A stretch of DNA of 64,000 bases from an uncultured Planctomycetia bacterium (GCA_964489445.1 CAZAYU010000004.1:189-64188); one strand, 5' to 3'. Counted from the stretch's first letter, positions 9,320 to 20,697 are shown. The notes: generated by a model from the letters alone, not told the origin. A program made the numbers and translations.

Positions 9320-10366
9320 TTATTTTTTAGTTTTGTTAAGAAAACTTTTAAATTTTAAAAATGTATCATTAGCCTTGCCTTGATCAATCAATAAAGCAGC
9401 TGTTTTGGCCCCTTCTTTCAAATTAATCGCTTTACCTAAAATATAAAAACAAACAGCAGCATTAGCCAAAACAATATCCCGGGCCGGAGTCTTTTCACCT
9501 TTAAAAATACCACGGATAACTTTTGCACTTACCTTGGCATTTTTAACTAACAAGTCACTGACCTTGCACTTTTTTAAGCCAAAACTAGCCGGGCTTAAAG
9601 AAAGTTTGGTTATTCTTTTATTATTTAAAAAGGCAACATCAGTTTTTCCGCTAAGTGATACCTCATCCCCCAAATCTTTACTATACACTACAAACGCCTT
9701 CTTTGTTCCTAATCTTCTTAACACTTTCGCTAAGACAACTGTTAATTCCGGACTATACACACCCAATAGTTGATAATTGGCAAGTGCTGGGTTGCATAAT
9801 GGGCCCAAAACATTAAAGATAGTTCTCGTTCCGATATCTTTTCTCACCTCGGCTACTATTTTTAAAGCTGAGTGATACGCCGGAGCATAAAGAAACCCTA
9901 GATTAATTTTTCTAATCGCCTCTTCCATAAGCAAGGGGTTTGCTTGGAAATTAATTCCCATTGCTTCTAAAACATCAGCACTGCCACAGTTAGAAGACAT
10001 AGCCCGATTTCCGTGCTTAGCAACTTTTACTCCCGAAGCCGCCACCACAAATCCTGTTGCCGTAGAAATATTAAACTTATTAATTCCGGAACCACCGGTT
10101 CCACAGGTATCAATGATCGGCTGCTCTTTATCTTCTATCCCTAAAAATCCCTTTTTAACGTTAATTTTTAATGATTTATTTCTGATTACTGTTGCTGCCG
10201 CCCAAATTTCATCTTCCTTCTCTTCTTTCATCTTCAGGGCCGTTAAAAAAGCGGCAATTTGAGCATCACTGACTTTATGATTGAATATTTCTTCAAATAC
10301 TTCCTTTGCTTGAGCAAAAGATAAAGACTCTTTATTAACTAATTTTGCAATGGCTTGTTTAATCAT
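9320..10366 (-). CDS. trpD: Anthranilate phosphoribosyltransferase
   Basis: DTCGTGG, NIST, KHGNR..SS..GSAD, RTIFNVLGP. Confidence 0.96.
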   Translation of the reverse strand: MIKQAIAKLVNKESLSFAQAKEVFEEIFNHKVSDAQIAAFLTALKMKEEKEDEIWAAATVIRNKSLKINVKKGFLGIEDKEQPIIDTCGTGGSGINKFNISTATGFVVAASGVKVAKHGNRAMSSNCGSADVLEAMGINFQANPLLMEEAIRKINLGFLYAPAYHSALKIVAEVRKDIGTRTIFNVLGPLCNPALANYQLLGVYSPELTVVLAKVLRRLGTKKAFVVYSKDLGDEVSLSGKTDVAFLNNKRITKLSLSPASFGLKKCKVSDLLVKNAKVSAKVIRGIFKGEKTPARDIVLANAAVCFYILGKAINLKEGAKTAALLIDQGKANDTFLKFKSFLNKTKK

Positions 10367-10367
10367 C

Positions 10368-10931
10368 TTATTTAATAAAATTTCTTAATATATTTTTTCC
10401 TTCAATAGTTAGAATCGACTCCGGATGAAACTGAACCCCAAATAAAGGATACTTATCCATTTTAATTCCCATTATTATACCATCCCGAGTCCAGGCAGTA
10501 ACTGTTAAATTCTTCGGCAAACTTTTTTTATCAATAATGAGAGAATGATACCTTGTCGCAATAAATGGACTCTTGATTTTATTGAAAATATCTTTTCCAT
10601 TATGATAAATAGAGGAAGTTTTGCCGTGCATTATTATACCGGACTTCTTAATAGATCCTCCGAAATAGTATCCAATACATTGATGTCCTAAGCAAACTCC
10701 CAAAATTGGTACTTTTTTATAAAACTCTCCAATTAAATCACAGCTGATTCCAGCATCTTCCGGGCGACCAGGGCCAGGAGAAATAACTATTCTGTCAGCT
10801 TTAAGTTTTTTAGCTTTACTTAAATTAAGCTTATCGTTTCGGTACACGACAGTATCAGCACCTAATTCCTGCAGATATTGAACCAGGTTATACGTAAACG
10901 AATCGTAGTTATCAATAACTAGTACTTTCAT
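10368..10931 (-). CDS. trpG: Anthranilate/aminodeoxychorismate synthase glutamine amidotransferase subunit
   Basis: IDNYDSFT, SPGPG, GVCLGHQ, RYHSL, QFHPES. Confidence 0.93.
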   Translation of the reverse strand: MKVLVIDNYDSFTYNLVQYLQELGADTVVYRNDKLNLSKAKKLKADRIVISPGPGRPEDAGISCDLIGEFYKKVPILGVCLGHQCIGYYFGGSIKKSGIIMHGKTSSIYHNGKDIFNKIKSPFIATRYHSLIIDKKSLPKNLTVTAWTRDGIIMGIKMDKYPLFGVQFHPESILTIEGKNILRNFIK

Positions 10932-10957
10932 GTTCCTCTGGCTAAGCTTATCCTGCT

Positions 10958-12220
10958 TTACCCCTTGATCCTTTTTATTTCCGCGCCTAATAGTCTTAAC
11001 TTATATTCTATTTTCTCATATCCTCTGTCAATATGGTACACCCTTCGAATTTCACTTTTCTGCTCAGCAGCTAATCCAGCGATCACCAAAGCTGCCGAAG
11101 CTCTTAAATCCGATGCCATAATCTCTGCACCATGGAGTTTTTTCTTACCTTCAATTATAGCATAAGGACCACTTCTTTGGATAGAGGCACCCATCCTGTT
11201 TAATTCCGGCACATGCATGAACCTGTCTGGATAAACTTTTTCAGCAATTATCGATATACCATCTGCTAAACAAAGACAAGCTAAAAACTGCGCCTGTAAG
11301 TCAGTAGGAAATCCGGGATAAGCCAGTGTAGTTATATTCACCGGTTTCAATTTATTTCTCGGTTTTACAGTTATTGTCGAATTCTTATCAATTTTAATAT
11401 CAGCACCAATGGCCCTCGCAGTTTCAATTACCGAAGTTAAGTGAAGAAAATTGGCATTTTCTATTGTTAAGTTTGACCGGGTAGCTAAGCTGGCAGCAAT
11501 AAAAGTTCCCGCTTCAATTCGGTCAGAAATAATTGTAAAATTACACCCTTTAAGCTCTTTTACTCCAGAAACCTTAATTAAGGGAGTTCCGGCACCGTTT
11601 ATTATTGCTCCCATCTTCTTCAGAAAATTTGCCAAGCATATTATTTCCGGTTCACAAGCTGCATGCTCAATAAGAGTTTCACCCTCTGCTAACACACACG
11701 CCATTAAGATGTTAGCTGTGGCAAGCACTGAAGATCCAAAAACTCCTCCTAAATAAATATGACTGCCCTTTAATTTTTTAGCTTTTGCCCAGCAATAACC
11801 TTTCTCCACATAGACATCCGCCCCTAGGCATTTTAGTCCCTTGATATGTAAATCTACCGGCCTTGATCCAATAATGCATCCTCCGGGTAAAGCCACTTTA
11901 GCTTTTTTCCTTTTAGCTAAAAGAGGCCCTAAACAACAGAAAGACGCACGCATCGTTCTTACTAGCTTATACGGAGCAACAAAACTTTTATCCTTTTTGT
12001 TATTTATCCTTAAAGTATTATTTTCAAATTTGACCTCTTTGCCTAAACATTCAAGAATGCCAATCATCGTGCGAATATCACTCAAATTCGGAACATTAGA
12101 AATCAGACAAGGCTGGTTAGTTAATATTGACGCTGCCATAATTGGAAGAGCAGCATTTTTTGCTCCACCTATTTTAACAACTCCCGACAGCTTTGATTTA
12201 CAAACAATAAACTTATCCAT
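10958..12220 (-). CDS. murA: UDP-N-acetylglucosamine 1-carboxyvinyltransferase
   Basis: GAKNAALP, MRAS, LPGGC..G.RP (active-site Cys present), FPTDLQ. Confidence 0.97.
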   Translation of the reverse strand: MDKFIVCKSKLSGVVKIGGAKNAALPIMAASILTNQPCLISNVPNLSDIRTMIGILECLGKEVKFENNTLRINNKKDKSFVAPYKLVRTMRASFCCLGPLLAKRKKAKVALPGGCIIGSRPVDLHIKGLKCLGADVYVEKGYCWAKAKKLKGSHIYLGGVFGSSVLATANILMACVLAEGETLIEHAACEPEIICLANFLKKMGAIINGAGTPLIKVSGVKELKGCNFTIISDRIEAGTFIAASLATRSNLTIENANFLHLTSVIETARAIGADIKIDKNSTITVKPRNKLKPVNITTLAYPGFPTDLQAQFLACLCLADGISIIAEKVYPDRFMHVPELNRMGASIQRSGPYAIIEGKKKLHGAEIMASDLRASAALVIAGLAAEQKSEIRRVYHIDRGYEKIEYKLRLLGAEIKRIKG

Positions 12221-12262
12221 TTATATTTAGTATTAGGTGCTACTTATATCATAATTACGATA

Positions 12263-13075
12263 CTACATATTCTTCTGCAAAACTACTCCTCTCCAATGAC
12301 CAGAATAATCTTTAATCCACTCTATAACTTTGTAAGTTTTTAGCTTCTGGATTAATTTTGATACCGGCCTTTTATGCTGATAGCCAATTTCCATAACTAA
12401 ATAGCTTTTGCTTTTTAAACATTTACAAGCAGATCTTAATATTCTTTCAATGAAGAGCATCCCGTCTCTTCCGGCTTCCAAAGCCTGCTTCGGCTCAAAA
12501 TTCAAAGTACCTTTTACATTATCAGTTTCTACATACGGAGGATTAGAAATTATCAAATCAAACTTTTCTTTACCAAACGCAGACAATAAATCTGAGTTAA
12601 CTAAGCATAGCGAAGAGCTGTGTTTCTCAGCGTTAGTTTTTGCTACTTTCAATGCCTCCATGTTTAAATCGGAAGCAAAAACAGTTACTGGCCCAAGGGA
12701 TTGCTTCTTAATAGTAATGGCAATGTTCCCACAGCCTGAGCATAAGTCTAAAACAGATTTTAAACGATGACTATTTATAATTTCGATAGCTCTTTCAGTA
12801 ATCAACTCTGTTTCTTTACGGGGAATCAACACTCTTTCGTCCACCATAAATTCACGGCCGAAGAAAGCTTCTTTTCCTAATATATAAGCAGTAGGAACAC
12901 CTTGGCTGTATAGTGTTTTTACTTTTTCTAAATGTTTTAGATTATCTTTACTTAAATAGCTGTCTTCTTCTAAAACCAAAGGAAGACCCCGAGTGAATAA
13001 ACATTTAATTATAAAACTTAAATCACAAATACGAAAGCTGGCTTGATTAGTTCTAAGCCAATCCTTTAGCTTCAT
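12263..13075 (-). CDS. prmC: Release factor glutamine methyltransferase
   Basis: [21 protein letters not shown]; adjacent to prfA. Confidence 0.93.
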   Translation of the reverse strand: MKLKDWLRTNQASFRICDLSFIIKCLFTRGLPLVLEEDSYLSKDNLKHLEKVKTLYSQGVPTAYILGKEAFFGREFMVDERVLIPRKETELITERAIEIINSHRLKSVLDLCSGCGNIAITIKKQSLGPVTVFASDLNMEALKVAKTNAEKHSSSLCLVNSDLLSAFGKEKFDLIISNPPYVETDNVKGTLNFEPKQALEAGRDGMLFIERILRSACKCLKSKSYLVMEIGYQHKRPVSKLIQKLKTYKVIEWIKDYSGHWRGVVLQKNM

Positions 13076-14123
13076 ACATCTTCTGCCTTTCTGCTTTAAT
13101 TAACTCCTTAACTATCTCTCCTAAATCTCCCTCGAGTATTGCTTCCAAACGATAAACAGTAAAATTTATCCGATGCTCAGTGACCCGCCTTTCTGGAAAA
13201 TTATACGTTCTGATCTTTTCGCTGCGATCTCCGGTTCCCACCTGTGTTCTCCGGGTTTGAGTAAGCTTATTTGTTTCATCCCGCATCCTTTTTTCCATAA
13301 TTTTTGCTTTTAAGACTCGTAAAGCTTTAGCCCGATTTTTAATTTGTGAGCGCTCATCCTGGCAGCTTACCACAGTACTAGTCGGTAAATGAGTAATACG
13401 AACTGCTGAATCAGTAACATTAACATGCTGACCGCCAGCACCAGAGGAACGAAACGTATCAATTCTTAAATCATCCGGATTTATTTTTAGATCAATTTCT
13501 TTCGGTTCAATTAACACAGCCACCGTAGATGTCGAAGTGTGTACTCTGCCGCCAGATTCAGTAGTCGGAACTCTCTGGACTCGATGTACGCCACTTTCAA
13601 ACTTTAAGTGAGAATAAGCACCTTCGCCTTTTACCGAAAACACTACTTCCTTAAAACCGCCGATTTCTGTAGTGCTTGAACTTAAAACCTCTAACTTCCA
13701 GCCATTTAATTCCGCATATTTTGCATACATTTTAAACAAAGAAGCGGAAAAGAGAGCAGACTCTTCCCCTCCGGCTGCTGAGCGTATTTCGATTATTATA
13801 TCTCTCTGAGGTTCATTCCCCTCAAAAATTTTATCTTCTATTTCCTCTTTTATCGATAAAATTCCTTTTTCAATTTTCTCCAGCTCTTCCTGTGCTAAAA
13901 GTTTAATTTCCGAATCTTCTTGGGAGTCGCTGATAACTTGAGAAAGATTTTCTTTCTCTTTTAGATATCCATCTTGAACCTCTGCTAATTTAAGTATCTT
14001 TTCCAAGTAAGATAGCCTTCTTGTTAGCTGCGTATATTTTTCCCGGTCTTGTACAACTTCTTTAGAAGAAACTTGGCCGCACAAGCTACTATATTCGTCT
14101 TTTAGCTTTTGGAAGTTAATCAT
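13053..14123 (-). CDS. prfA: Peptide chain release factor 1
   Basis: GGQ motif, PxT (RVPTTE), IRTYNF. Confidence 0.97.
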   Translation of the reverse strand: MINFQKLKDEYSSLCGQVSSKEVVQDREKYTQLTRRLSYLEKILKLAEVQDGYLKEKENLSQVISDSQEDSEIKLLAQEELEKIEKGILSIKEEIEDKIFEGNEPQRDIIIEIRSAAGGEESALFSASLFKMYAKYAELNGWKLEVLSSSTTEIGGFKEVVFSVKGEGAYSHLKFESGVHRVQRVPTTESGGRVHTSTSTVAVLIEPKEIDLKINPDDLRIDTFRSSGAGGQHVNVTDSAVRITHLPTSTVVSCQDERSQIKNRAKALRVLKAKIMEKRMRDETNKLTQTRRTQVGTGDRSEKIRTYNFPERRVTEHRINFTVYRLEAILEGDLGEIVKELIKAERQKMYEAKGLA

Positions 14124-14144
14124 TTTTTTGTTACCACCGTTGTA

Positions 14145-14357
14145 TTAAACTTTTTCTTGCTTGTTACCGTATTTCTTTAAGAATTTATCAACTCTTCCTT
14201 CAGAGTCAACAAACTTTTGTTTCCCGGTAAAAAAAGGATGACAATTGGAACAAATCTCTACATTAATCGTTTTTTTAGTAGAGCGGGTATGCACCACATT
14301 GCCGCAAGCACACATAATTGTCGCAAACTCATATTTTGGATGACCTGTCTTTTTCAT
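14145..14357 (-). CDS. rpmE: 50S ribosomal protein L31 (Zn-binding type)
   Basis: [24 protein letters not shown]. Confidence 0.97.
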   Translation of the reverse strand: MKKTGHPKYEFATIMCACGNVVHTRSTKKTINVEICSNCHPFFTGKQKFVDSEGRVDKFLKKYGNKQEKV

Positions 14358-14427
14358 TTATTTTACCTCCTTTATCTCGACTCCTATTCTCAAAAACCAC
14401 CTATTTTTCTTTTCTTTACTTTTTTTC

Positions 14428-14453
14428 TTAACCTTACCCTTAACCTCAACCTT
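14428..14453. repeat. Short hexamer tandem repeat
   Basis: TTAACC TTACCC TTAACC TCAACC between rho and rpmE. Confidence 0.45.
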
Positions 14454-14473
14454 CATTTTTACTTACCCTATTT

Positions 14474-15781
14474 TTAAATCTGCTTATTAAGCGTAAGCAA
14501 AAACTCAACATTGTTCTTAGTTTTTGATAATTTTTCAATCAGTAATTCTAAAGCTTCCGCAGAGCTTAACTCGTTTAACGCCTTTCTTAAAGCCCATATT
14601 CTTTTAAGTTCATCAGGATGAATAAGCAATTCTTCTCTCCGTGTATTTGAGCGCTTTATATCTATAGAAGGATATATTCTTCTCTGAAATATACTTCTGT
14701 CAAGAGTAATTTCCATGTTTCCAGTTCCTTTGAACTCTTCAAATATTACATCATCCATTCGAGAACCAGTATCTACCAAGGAGGTAGCAATTATCGTTAA
14801 AGAACCGCCTTCTTCTAATGCCCTAGCTGAACCAAAAAACCGCTTAGGCTTATGTAGCGCGTTAGAATCTATTCCTCCGGAAAGGATTCTTCCCGAATGA
14901 GGCTCAACAAGATTATACGCTCTAGCTAAACGAGTAATACTATCAAGAAGAATCACTACATCTTTCTTGTGCTCTACTAACCGTTTTGCCTTATCAATAA
15001 CCATTTCTGCCACCTGAATGTGCCTTTGGGCTGGTTCGTCAAAGGTAGAGCTAGTTACCTCACCCTTTACCGTATTCCTCATTTCAGTGACTTCTTCCGG
15101 GCGCTCATCAATAAGCAGAACCATCAAAATAACTTCCGGATAGTTTGTCATAATAGAGTTAGCTATTCGTTGCAAAAGAACTGTTTTCCCGCTGTAAGGA
15201 GGAGCAACTATCAGGCTCCTCTGCCCCTTGCCAATCGGAGAAAGAAGGTCTAGAATTCGCGCGGATAACTCATCGGGTTCAGATTCCAGGATAAACCTTT
15301 CCTTGGGATAAATAGGTGTTAGATTATCAAATAACACTCGATTTCTAGATTCTTCCGGATTTTCAAAATTAGCTGCTTCTACTTTAAGCAACGCAAAATA
15401 TTTCTCATTATCTTTTGGTGGCCTTATTTGGCCGCTAACAGTATCTCCGGTACGTAGAGAAAACTTTCTGATTTGAGAAGGAGAAACATAGATATCATCC
15501 GGAGAAGGTAAATAATTATAATTTATCGATCGCAGAAAACCAAAACCTTCCGGAAGCACTTCCAAAACTCCTTCTCCAAACATCAACCCTTTCTTTTCTG
15601 CTTGCGCCTGAAGAATCTTGAAAATAAGATCCTGTTTTTTTAATCCACTTACGCCGTTTACTTCTAATTTTTTGGATATTTTATTCAGCTCGGATACTTT
15701 CATCGCCTTTAGGGTGGCGATATTAATTTTTACATCAATATCTGAATGTTTGTCATCCACCTTTACGTTATTTTTTTCCAC
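14474..15781 (-). CDS. rho: Transcription termination factor Rho
   Basis: [41 protein letters not shown]; GTG start with GGAGG SD. Confidence 0.98.
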   Translation of the reverse strand: MEKNNVKVDDKHSDIDVKINIATLKAMKVSELNKISKKLEVNGVSGLKKQDLIFKILQAQAEKKGLMFGEGVLEVLPEGFGFLRSINYNYLPSPDDIYVSPSQIRKFSLRTGDTVSGQIRPPKDNEKYFALLKVEAANFENPEESRNRVLFDNLTPIYPKERFILESEPDELSARILDLLSPIGKGQRSLIVAPPYSGKTVLLQRIANSIMTNYPEVILMVLLIDERPEEVTEMRNTVKGEVTSSTFDEPAQRHIQVAEMVIDKAKRLVEHKKDVVILLDSITRLARAYNLVEPHSGRILSGGIDSNALHKPKRFFGSARALEEGGSLTIIATSLVDTGSRMDDVIFEEFKGTGNMEITLDRSIFQRRIYPSIDIKRSNTRREELLIHPDELKRIWALRKALNELSSAEALELLIEKLSKTKNNVEFLLTLNKQI

Positions 15782-16347
15782 AATAAATCAACCTCCTTTT
15801 TCAGATTCCTTAAATCTGACTTATTATTAATGACAAAATCTGCTTTTTTTGTTTTCTCTTTAGCCGGCATGTATAAAGAAAGCCGACTTTTAGCTTTCGT
15901 TTCGGAAAAATTATATTTTTTAATAATCCTTTGGATTAAAACCTGCCGCTTAGTATTCACTAAAATTACCTTTCCAAAATAACAAGACAAGTTCTTTTCA
16001 AACAATAACGGAACTTCAGCAATACGCATTGCTTTATCTTTATCTATTTTGTAAACCCATTTAATAAGATCTTCAATGATTACCGGATGAACAATATTCT
16101 CGATCTTTCTCAAATGTGCTTTTTTGGTAAATACTATTTCTGATAATCGTTTCCGACAAATACATTTATTCACTAATGACCCCGGAAAAGCTTTCGCTGT
16201 CTGTTTATATATTAGGCTTCGTTTATCCTTATAATGTTGATGAATTTTTTGATCAGTATTAAAAATTGCCGCACCTTTTTTTTCTAACAATTTCAGCACT
16301 GTTGTTTTACCGCTGGATAAATTTCCGGTTAATCCAAAAACAATCAT
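15763..16347 (-). CDS. coaE: Dephospho-CoA kinase
   Basis: [12 protein letters not shown]-loop, IVHP, EVPLLFE. Confidence 0.93.
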   Translation of the reverse strand: MIVFGLTGNLSSGKTTVLKLLEKKGAAIFNTDQKIHQHYKDKRSLIYKQTAKAFPGSLVNKCICRKRLSEIVFTKKAHLRKIENIVHPVIIEDLIKWVYKIDKDKAMRIAEVPLLFEKNLSCYFGKVILVNTKRQVLIQRIIKKYNFSETKAKSRLSLYMPAKEKTKKADFVINNKSDLRNLKKEVDLLWKKIT

Positions 16348-17726
16348 TTCTTTTTACCCAATTTTTTATACACATTAATATATTCTTGTGCAGTTTTATC
16401 CCAAGAAAAATCATAACGACTAATTTTTTTTAAAATACTATTCCATTTGTCTTTACGATTAAATACTCTTTCTGCTCTTTTTACCGCCGACAAGAAACAG
16501 GTATGAGTATACTTTTTAAACACAACCCCGCCGCCACCTTGAGAAATATCCTTAACAGTATCGATTAAGCCTCCAGTATGATAAACAATAGGAACTGTTG
16601 CATATTTATAGCTGATTAACTGTGAAAGCCCACAAGGCTCAAAACGAGAAGGCATTAAAAAACAATCACCTGCAGCATATATTTTATGCGCTAGTTTCTC
16701 ATCAAATTTCAACTGCACAGAAAAGGAATTTTTAAATTTTTCTTGAATTTTTGCTAAGCTTCGATGATATTTGACATTACCGGTGCCTAAAATAACCACC
16801 TGATGCTTTTGCAGAATAAAATCAAGCACTTCATTCAAAAGATCTAATCCTTTTTGTTCGGCAAGCCGACTAACCATGACGAGTAAAAAAGAATTCTTAT
16901 TAATCTTTAATCCTAGTTCTTTCTGTAGGCGCACCTTGTTAAATGTTTTATTTTTAAGCGTATCTATTGAATACTTGCGATAAATAAGCTTGTCAGTTTT
17001 CGGATTCCAAATGTCGTAGTCAACAGCATTAAGTATCCCTCTGATGCCTGTACTTTTACTCTTTAATACTTTATTTAAGCCGCATCCATGCTCAGAACTC
17101 TTAATTTGTTTAGCATAGCTTAAACTTACTGTATTAACCATATCCGAGAATACAATTCCACCTTTGAGAACATTTATTTGATCATAAAATTTTAAATATC
17201 GCAGGGAAAAATATTTATTTGGAATTCCCAAACAAAAAAATTTATCTTTACTGAACAACCCTTGATACGCTAAATTATGAATAGTTAATAAAAGCTTGGT
17301 ATTCTGAAAAAATTTATCAGATTTATAAAGAATCTTAAAATAAACACTCACCAAAGAAGAATGCCAATCATTATTATGAATAATATCCGGAATAAAGTTA
17401 ATCTGCTTAAGGATCTCTAACACTCTCCGGCTAAAAAACGAAAACCGTTCTAAATTATCCGGATAATCCTTCGTTTTTGTGCCATAAATAAATTTTCGCT
17501 TAAAATAACTAGAGTTCTTGATAAAAAATATTTCCAAATTACCACGCCTATTTACTCCAAAATATTTATAGTTTTCCTCAGGAACGATATTTTTATAAAG
17601 CGGCATAAAAACTTTAACCACACATCCTGCTTTTGCTAAACTCTTGGGTAAAGCTAACCCTACATCGCCCAAGCCTCCGGTTTTGGCAAAAGGAGAAATC
17701 TCTGAAGAACAAAATACTACATTCAT
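16344..17726 (-). CDS. glgA: Glycogen synthase
   Basis: KTGGLGDV, HNNDWH, TIHNLAYQG, SRLAEQKG, PSRFEPCGL. Confidence 0.94.
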   Translation of the reverse strand: MNVVFCSSEISPFAKTGGLGDVGLALPKSLAKAGCVVKVFMPLYKNIVPEENYKYFGVNRRGNLEIFFIKNSSYFKRKFIYGTKTKDYPDNLERFSFFSRRVLEILKQINFIPDIIHNNDWHSSLVSVYFKILYKSDKFFQNTKLLLTIHNLAYQGLFSKDKFFCLGIPNKYFSLRYLKFYDQINVLKGGIVFSDMVNTVSLSYAKQIKSSEHGCGLNKVLKSKSTGIRGILNAVDYDIWNPKTDKLIYRKYSIDTLKNKTFNKVRLQKELGLKINKNSFLLVMVSRLAEQKGLDLLNEVLDFILQKHQVVILGTGNVKYHRSLAKIQEKFKNSFSVQLKFDEKLAHKIYAAGDCFLMPSRFEPCGLSQLISYKYATVPIVYHTGGLIDTVKDISQGGGGVVFKKYTHTCFLSAVKRAERVFNRKDKWNSILKKISRYDFSWDKTAQEYINVYKKLGKKK

Positions 17727-17776
17727 TAATTTAGCTTTTACTATTTACTAACTATTATCAGATGAGTCTTTTAATT

Positions 17777-20287
17777 TTATTGTTCAAATAAAACCATTTG
17801 CGACCAATTTTTCCCGGTTTTTAGATTAACCTCCACCGGAACAATTAGTTTAATCGCATTTTCCATATACTGTTTAACAAACTCAGATACCTCTGCTAGC
17901 TCATCGGGATAAACATCAAAGACTAGTTCATCATGTATTTGAATTATTAATTTTGTTTTCAAGGCTCTTTCTTTAATCTTGTCCGCTATTTTTACCATTG
18001 CTATCTTAATAATATCAGCTGAAGAACCTTGGATTGGAGCGTTCACTGCTTGCCGATAAGCAAACTCTCTAAGCTGAAGATTAACATTTTTGATATCCGG
18101 CAGAATTCTTCTCCTTCCCAAGATTGTCTCTACATACCCTTTGCTCTCTGCTTGCTCTTTCATCAGAGATACATAATCCTTAATCCCCGGATAACGCTTG
18201 AAATAATCATCAATAAAACTCTGTGATTGTTGGACTGGGATCTTCAATTCCCGGGAAAGACCATATGCTCCCATCCCATAAACTATCCCAAAATTAACCC
18301 GTTTTGCCGTGTTACGCTGAGAATTGGTAATTTCTTCTTCCTTTGCTCCGAATAACAAGCTTGCCGTGAAACTATGGATATCCCGCTTTTGATTAAAAGC
18401 GTCAATAAGCTTTTCGTCTTTAGACAAATGGGCAAGTATTCTTAGCTCGATTTGAGAATAGTCACCAGCTAAAAAACATCCGCCCACAGAGGAAGGAACA
18501 AAAGCTTCCCGCAAGCGGGAAGAAAGCTCTCCCTTTACCGGAATATTTTGCAAATTAGGAGACGAACTGGAAAGTCTTCCTGTCTGAGCTATAGTTTGAT
18601 GAAAATGAGTGTGCAAGTAACCGTTATGTTTTTTAACTTCTTCAATCAACGGAGAAAGATAGGTTGTTTTAATCTTATTTAGATACCGATACTCTAGAAC
18701 AGATTCAGCAATCGGATATTCCAGAGATAGCTTTTCCAAGACTTCTTCGTTAGTTGAATAACCGGTCTTTGTTTTCTTGATAGGTTTTATTTTTAATTTC
18801 TCAAACAAAATAATGCTTAACTGCTTGGGAGAGTTTAAATTAAAATTTTCGCCAGCCTGCTTGATAACATCATTCTTTACCGAACTTATTCTTTTATCTA
18901 CTTCCGCAAATAACTCATTTAAAATATTAATATTAATTTTTACCCCATCTTTCTGCATTTGGGCCAATACACTAAGAAGCGGCATTTCTACTTTTTCAAA
19001 TAACTCCCACAAACCTTCTTTCTTTAATTCCGAGGATAAATGGCAGTACAGCTCATATATAAAATAGGCCTCATAATGCGCAGGGATATCAACAGTATGA
19101 CGATCCAAAAAATGGGAAACCAAAGAAGAAAGACTGTAGTCGGATAAAGAAGAATCTAACAGATAAGAGGCAATCTTTACGTCAAAAAAAATACCTTGAA
19201 AATTTACAGAATCCGAGCATAAAATTTGCTCTTTTACACTGTAAGATATTTTTTTTATTTTTCCATCCTCTAGTATTGTTTTTGCATTATTAATGCTATC
19301 TTTATACATAATTTCTTTTTGATGATCAAAAATAAATATCTCTTCCCCCCGAATAGTAAAGGATAGACAATCATTAGCTACTTTTTTAAGAGCGCTGCCT
19401 GAGGCGCCATTTACAACTTTAATATCCAAATTTAATTGCGGTGCAGGAACACTTTTGAGAAGATTTTTAAACTCTAGCTCTTTAAACATCTTGTAAAGCT
19501 CTTGATTGTTTTGTTCTTTAATTTTTAAATCCTTCCAGCTTACATCTAAATCACAACAGCATAATGTAACTAATTCTTTGCTCAGCAATATATTTTCCTT
19601 ATCATTGTTCAGCATCTCTTTCGTCCGAGAAGGAATCTTGTCTAGATTATCGAAGATATTGTCTAATGTTCCAAATTCTTTTACAAGTTTAGCTGCCCCC
19701 ACTTTGCCAATCCCTTTAGCTCCCGGAACATTATCTGTTGCGTCACCGGCTAAAGAAAGATAATCTACCATAAACTCCGGAGGAAATCCCCATTCACTGA
19801 TAAAATTATCTCTATTAACCATTTTATCTTTAACGTAGTTATAAACCATGACCTGCTCATTGTCTATTAATTGGTAGAGATCTTTATCGGAGGTGACAAT
19901 AACTACTTTTAATCCGTCAGCTACTGCTTTTTGGCATAAAGAAGCAATAACATCATCAGCTTCAAAATTTCTTTTCTCTATATTTTTTACTCCCAATGCT
20001 TCAATTATTTGTTTAACCGGGGAAAACTGCATTTTTAATCCTTCGGGAAGCGGTGGGCGTTGTATTTTGTACTCCTTGAACTTTTCCTGACGGAACGTCT
20101 TTCGGGAAACATCAAAGCAAACTCCCATATAAGTAACCTTATATTTGGAAATGATTTTGTTCAACGTCTGATGTACTCCATAAACCGCACCCGTAGGCAC
20201 TCCTTCTTTCGTAGAAAGTTTAATTGCAAAGAAAGAACGGTAGCATAAAGAAGTTCCATCAATAAGATATAGTGTTTCTCGCGACAT
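17777..20287 (-). CDS. polA: DNA polymerase I
   Basis: 5'-3' exonuclease (EADD, GDATDNVPG) plus Pol A motifs DYSQIELR, NFGIVYG, QIHDEL. Confidence 0.97.
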   Translation of the reverse strand: MSRETLYLIDGTSLCYRSFFAIKLSTKEGVPTGAVYGVHQTLNKIISKYKVTYMGVCFDVSRKTFRQEKFKEYKIQRPPLPEGLKMQFSPVKQIIEALGVKNIEKRNFEADDVIASLCQKAVADGLKVVIVTSDKDLYQLIDNEQVMVYNYVKDKMVNRDNFISEWGFPPEFMVDYLSLAGDATDNVPGAKGIGKVGAAKLVKEFGTLDNIFDNLDKIPSRTKEMLNNDKENILLSKELVTLCCCDLDVSWKDLKIKEQNNQELYKMFKELEFKNLLKSVPAPQLNLDIKVVNGASGSALKKVANDCLSFTIRGEEIFIFDHQKEIMYKDSINNAKTILEDGKIKKISYSVKEQILCSDSVNFQGIFFDVKIASYLLDSSLSDYSLSSLVSHFLDRHTVDIPAHYEAYFIYELYCHLSSELKKEGLWELFEKVEMPLLSVLAQMQKDGVKININILNELFAEVDKRISSVKNDVIKQAGENFNLNSPKQLSIILFEKLKIKPIKKTKTGYSTNEEVLEKLSLEYPIAESVLEYRYLNKIKTTYLSPLIEEVKKHNGYLHTHFHQTIAQTGRLSSSSPNLQNIPVKGELSSRLREAFVPSSVGGCFLAGDYSQIELRILAHLSKDEKLIDAFNQKRDIHSFTASLLFGAKEEEITNSQRNTAKRVNFGIVYGMGAYGLSRELKIPVQQSQSFIDDYFKRYPGIKDYVSLMKEQAESKGYVETILGRRRILPDIKNVNLQLREFAYRQAVNAPIQGSSADIIKIAMVKIADKIKERALKTKLIIQIHDELVFDVYPDELAEVSEFVKQYMENAIKLIVPVEVNLKTGKNWSQMVLFEQ

Positions 20288-20347
20288 AAAAATACTGGAA
20301 AGCTTTAGAGTTATTTTTTGCTAATTTTTTTCTAACAACATCATTAT

Positions 20348-20550
20348 AGATCCAAGGGGAAAGTGGGCAGTACGGCCTTCATCTTAAATGCTTGAATGAT
20401 TATATTTTTTTAAATTCTGCTTTTTATCTAATTTAACGTTATTTGCTAAATACTGTTTAGTTATAATATTTACAGCTATTTATTAAAGATATTATTTTGA
20501 AGCTTCATACGGGGAATACCCAAGAAAGGATTCTTCAATGGAGAACGATT
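20348..20550 (-). ncRNA. Candidate structured non-coding RNA or long structured 5' leader of polA (family unknown)
   Basis: Two GC-rich patches ~120 nt apart pair in order with G-U wobbles on the minus strand; upstream promoter; no long ORF. Confidence 0.35.
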
Positions 20551-20556
20551 TAATTA

Positions 20557-20585
20557 AAAATAACATAAATAGCTCACCCTGTCAA
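20557..20585 (-). promoter_or_regulatory. sigma70-type promoter upstream of candidate RNA and polA
   Basis: TTGACA-17 nt-TATTTT with extended TGn. Confidence 0.55.
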
Positions 20586-20697
20586 GGTATTTTATGAAAT
20601 ATATACTGTACTCTAGAAAATACAACGCTAAAATTGTCCTGCTTAACTACCCTATCTTCCTATTTTCTGTTTAAAAAGCAAACAAAATTCAAAGAAT

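Noticed and set aside
20348-20550. Assignment of the candidate RNA to tmRNA, RNase P, SRP, c-di-GMP or cobalamin riboswitch
   Set aside because: Only fragmentary resemblance; the diagnostic conserved motifs are absent, so it is left unclassified.
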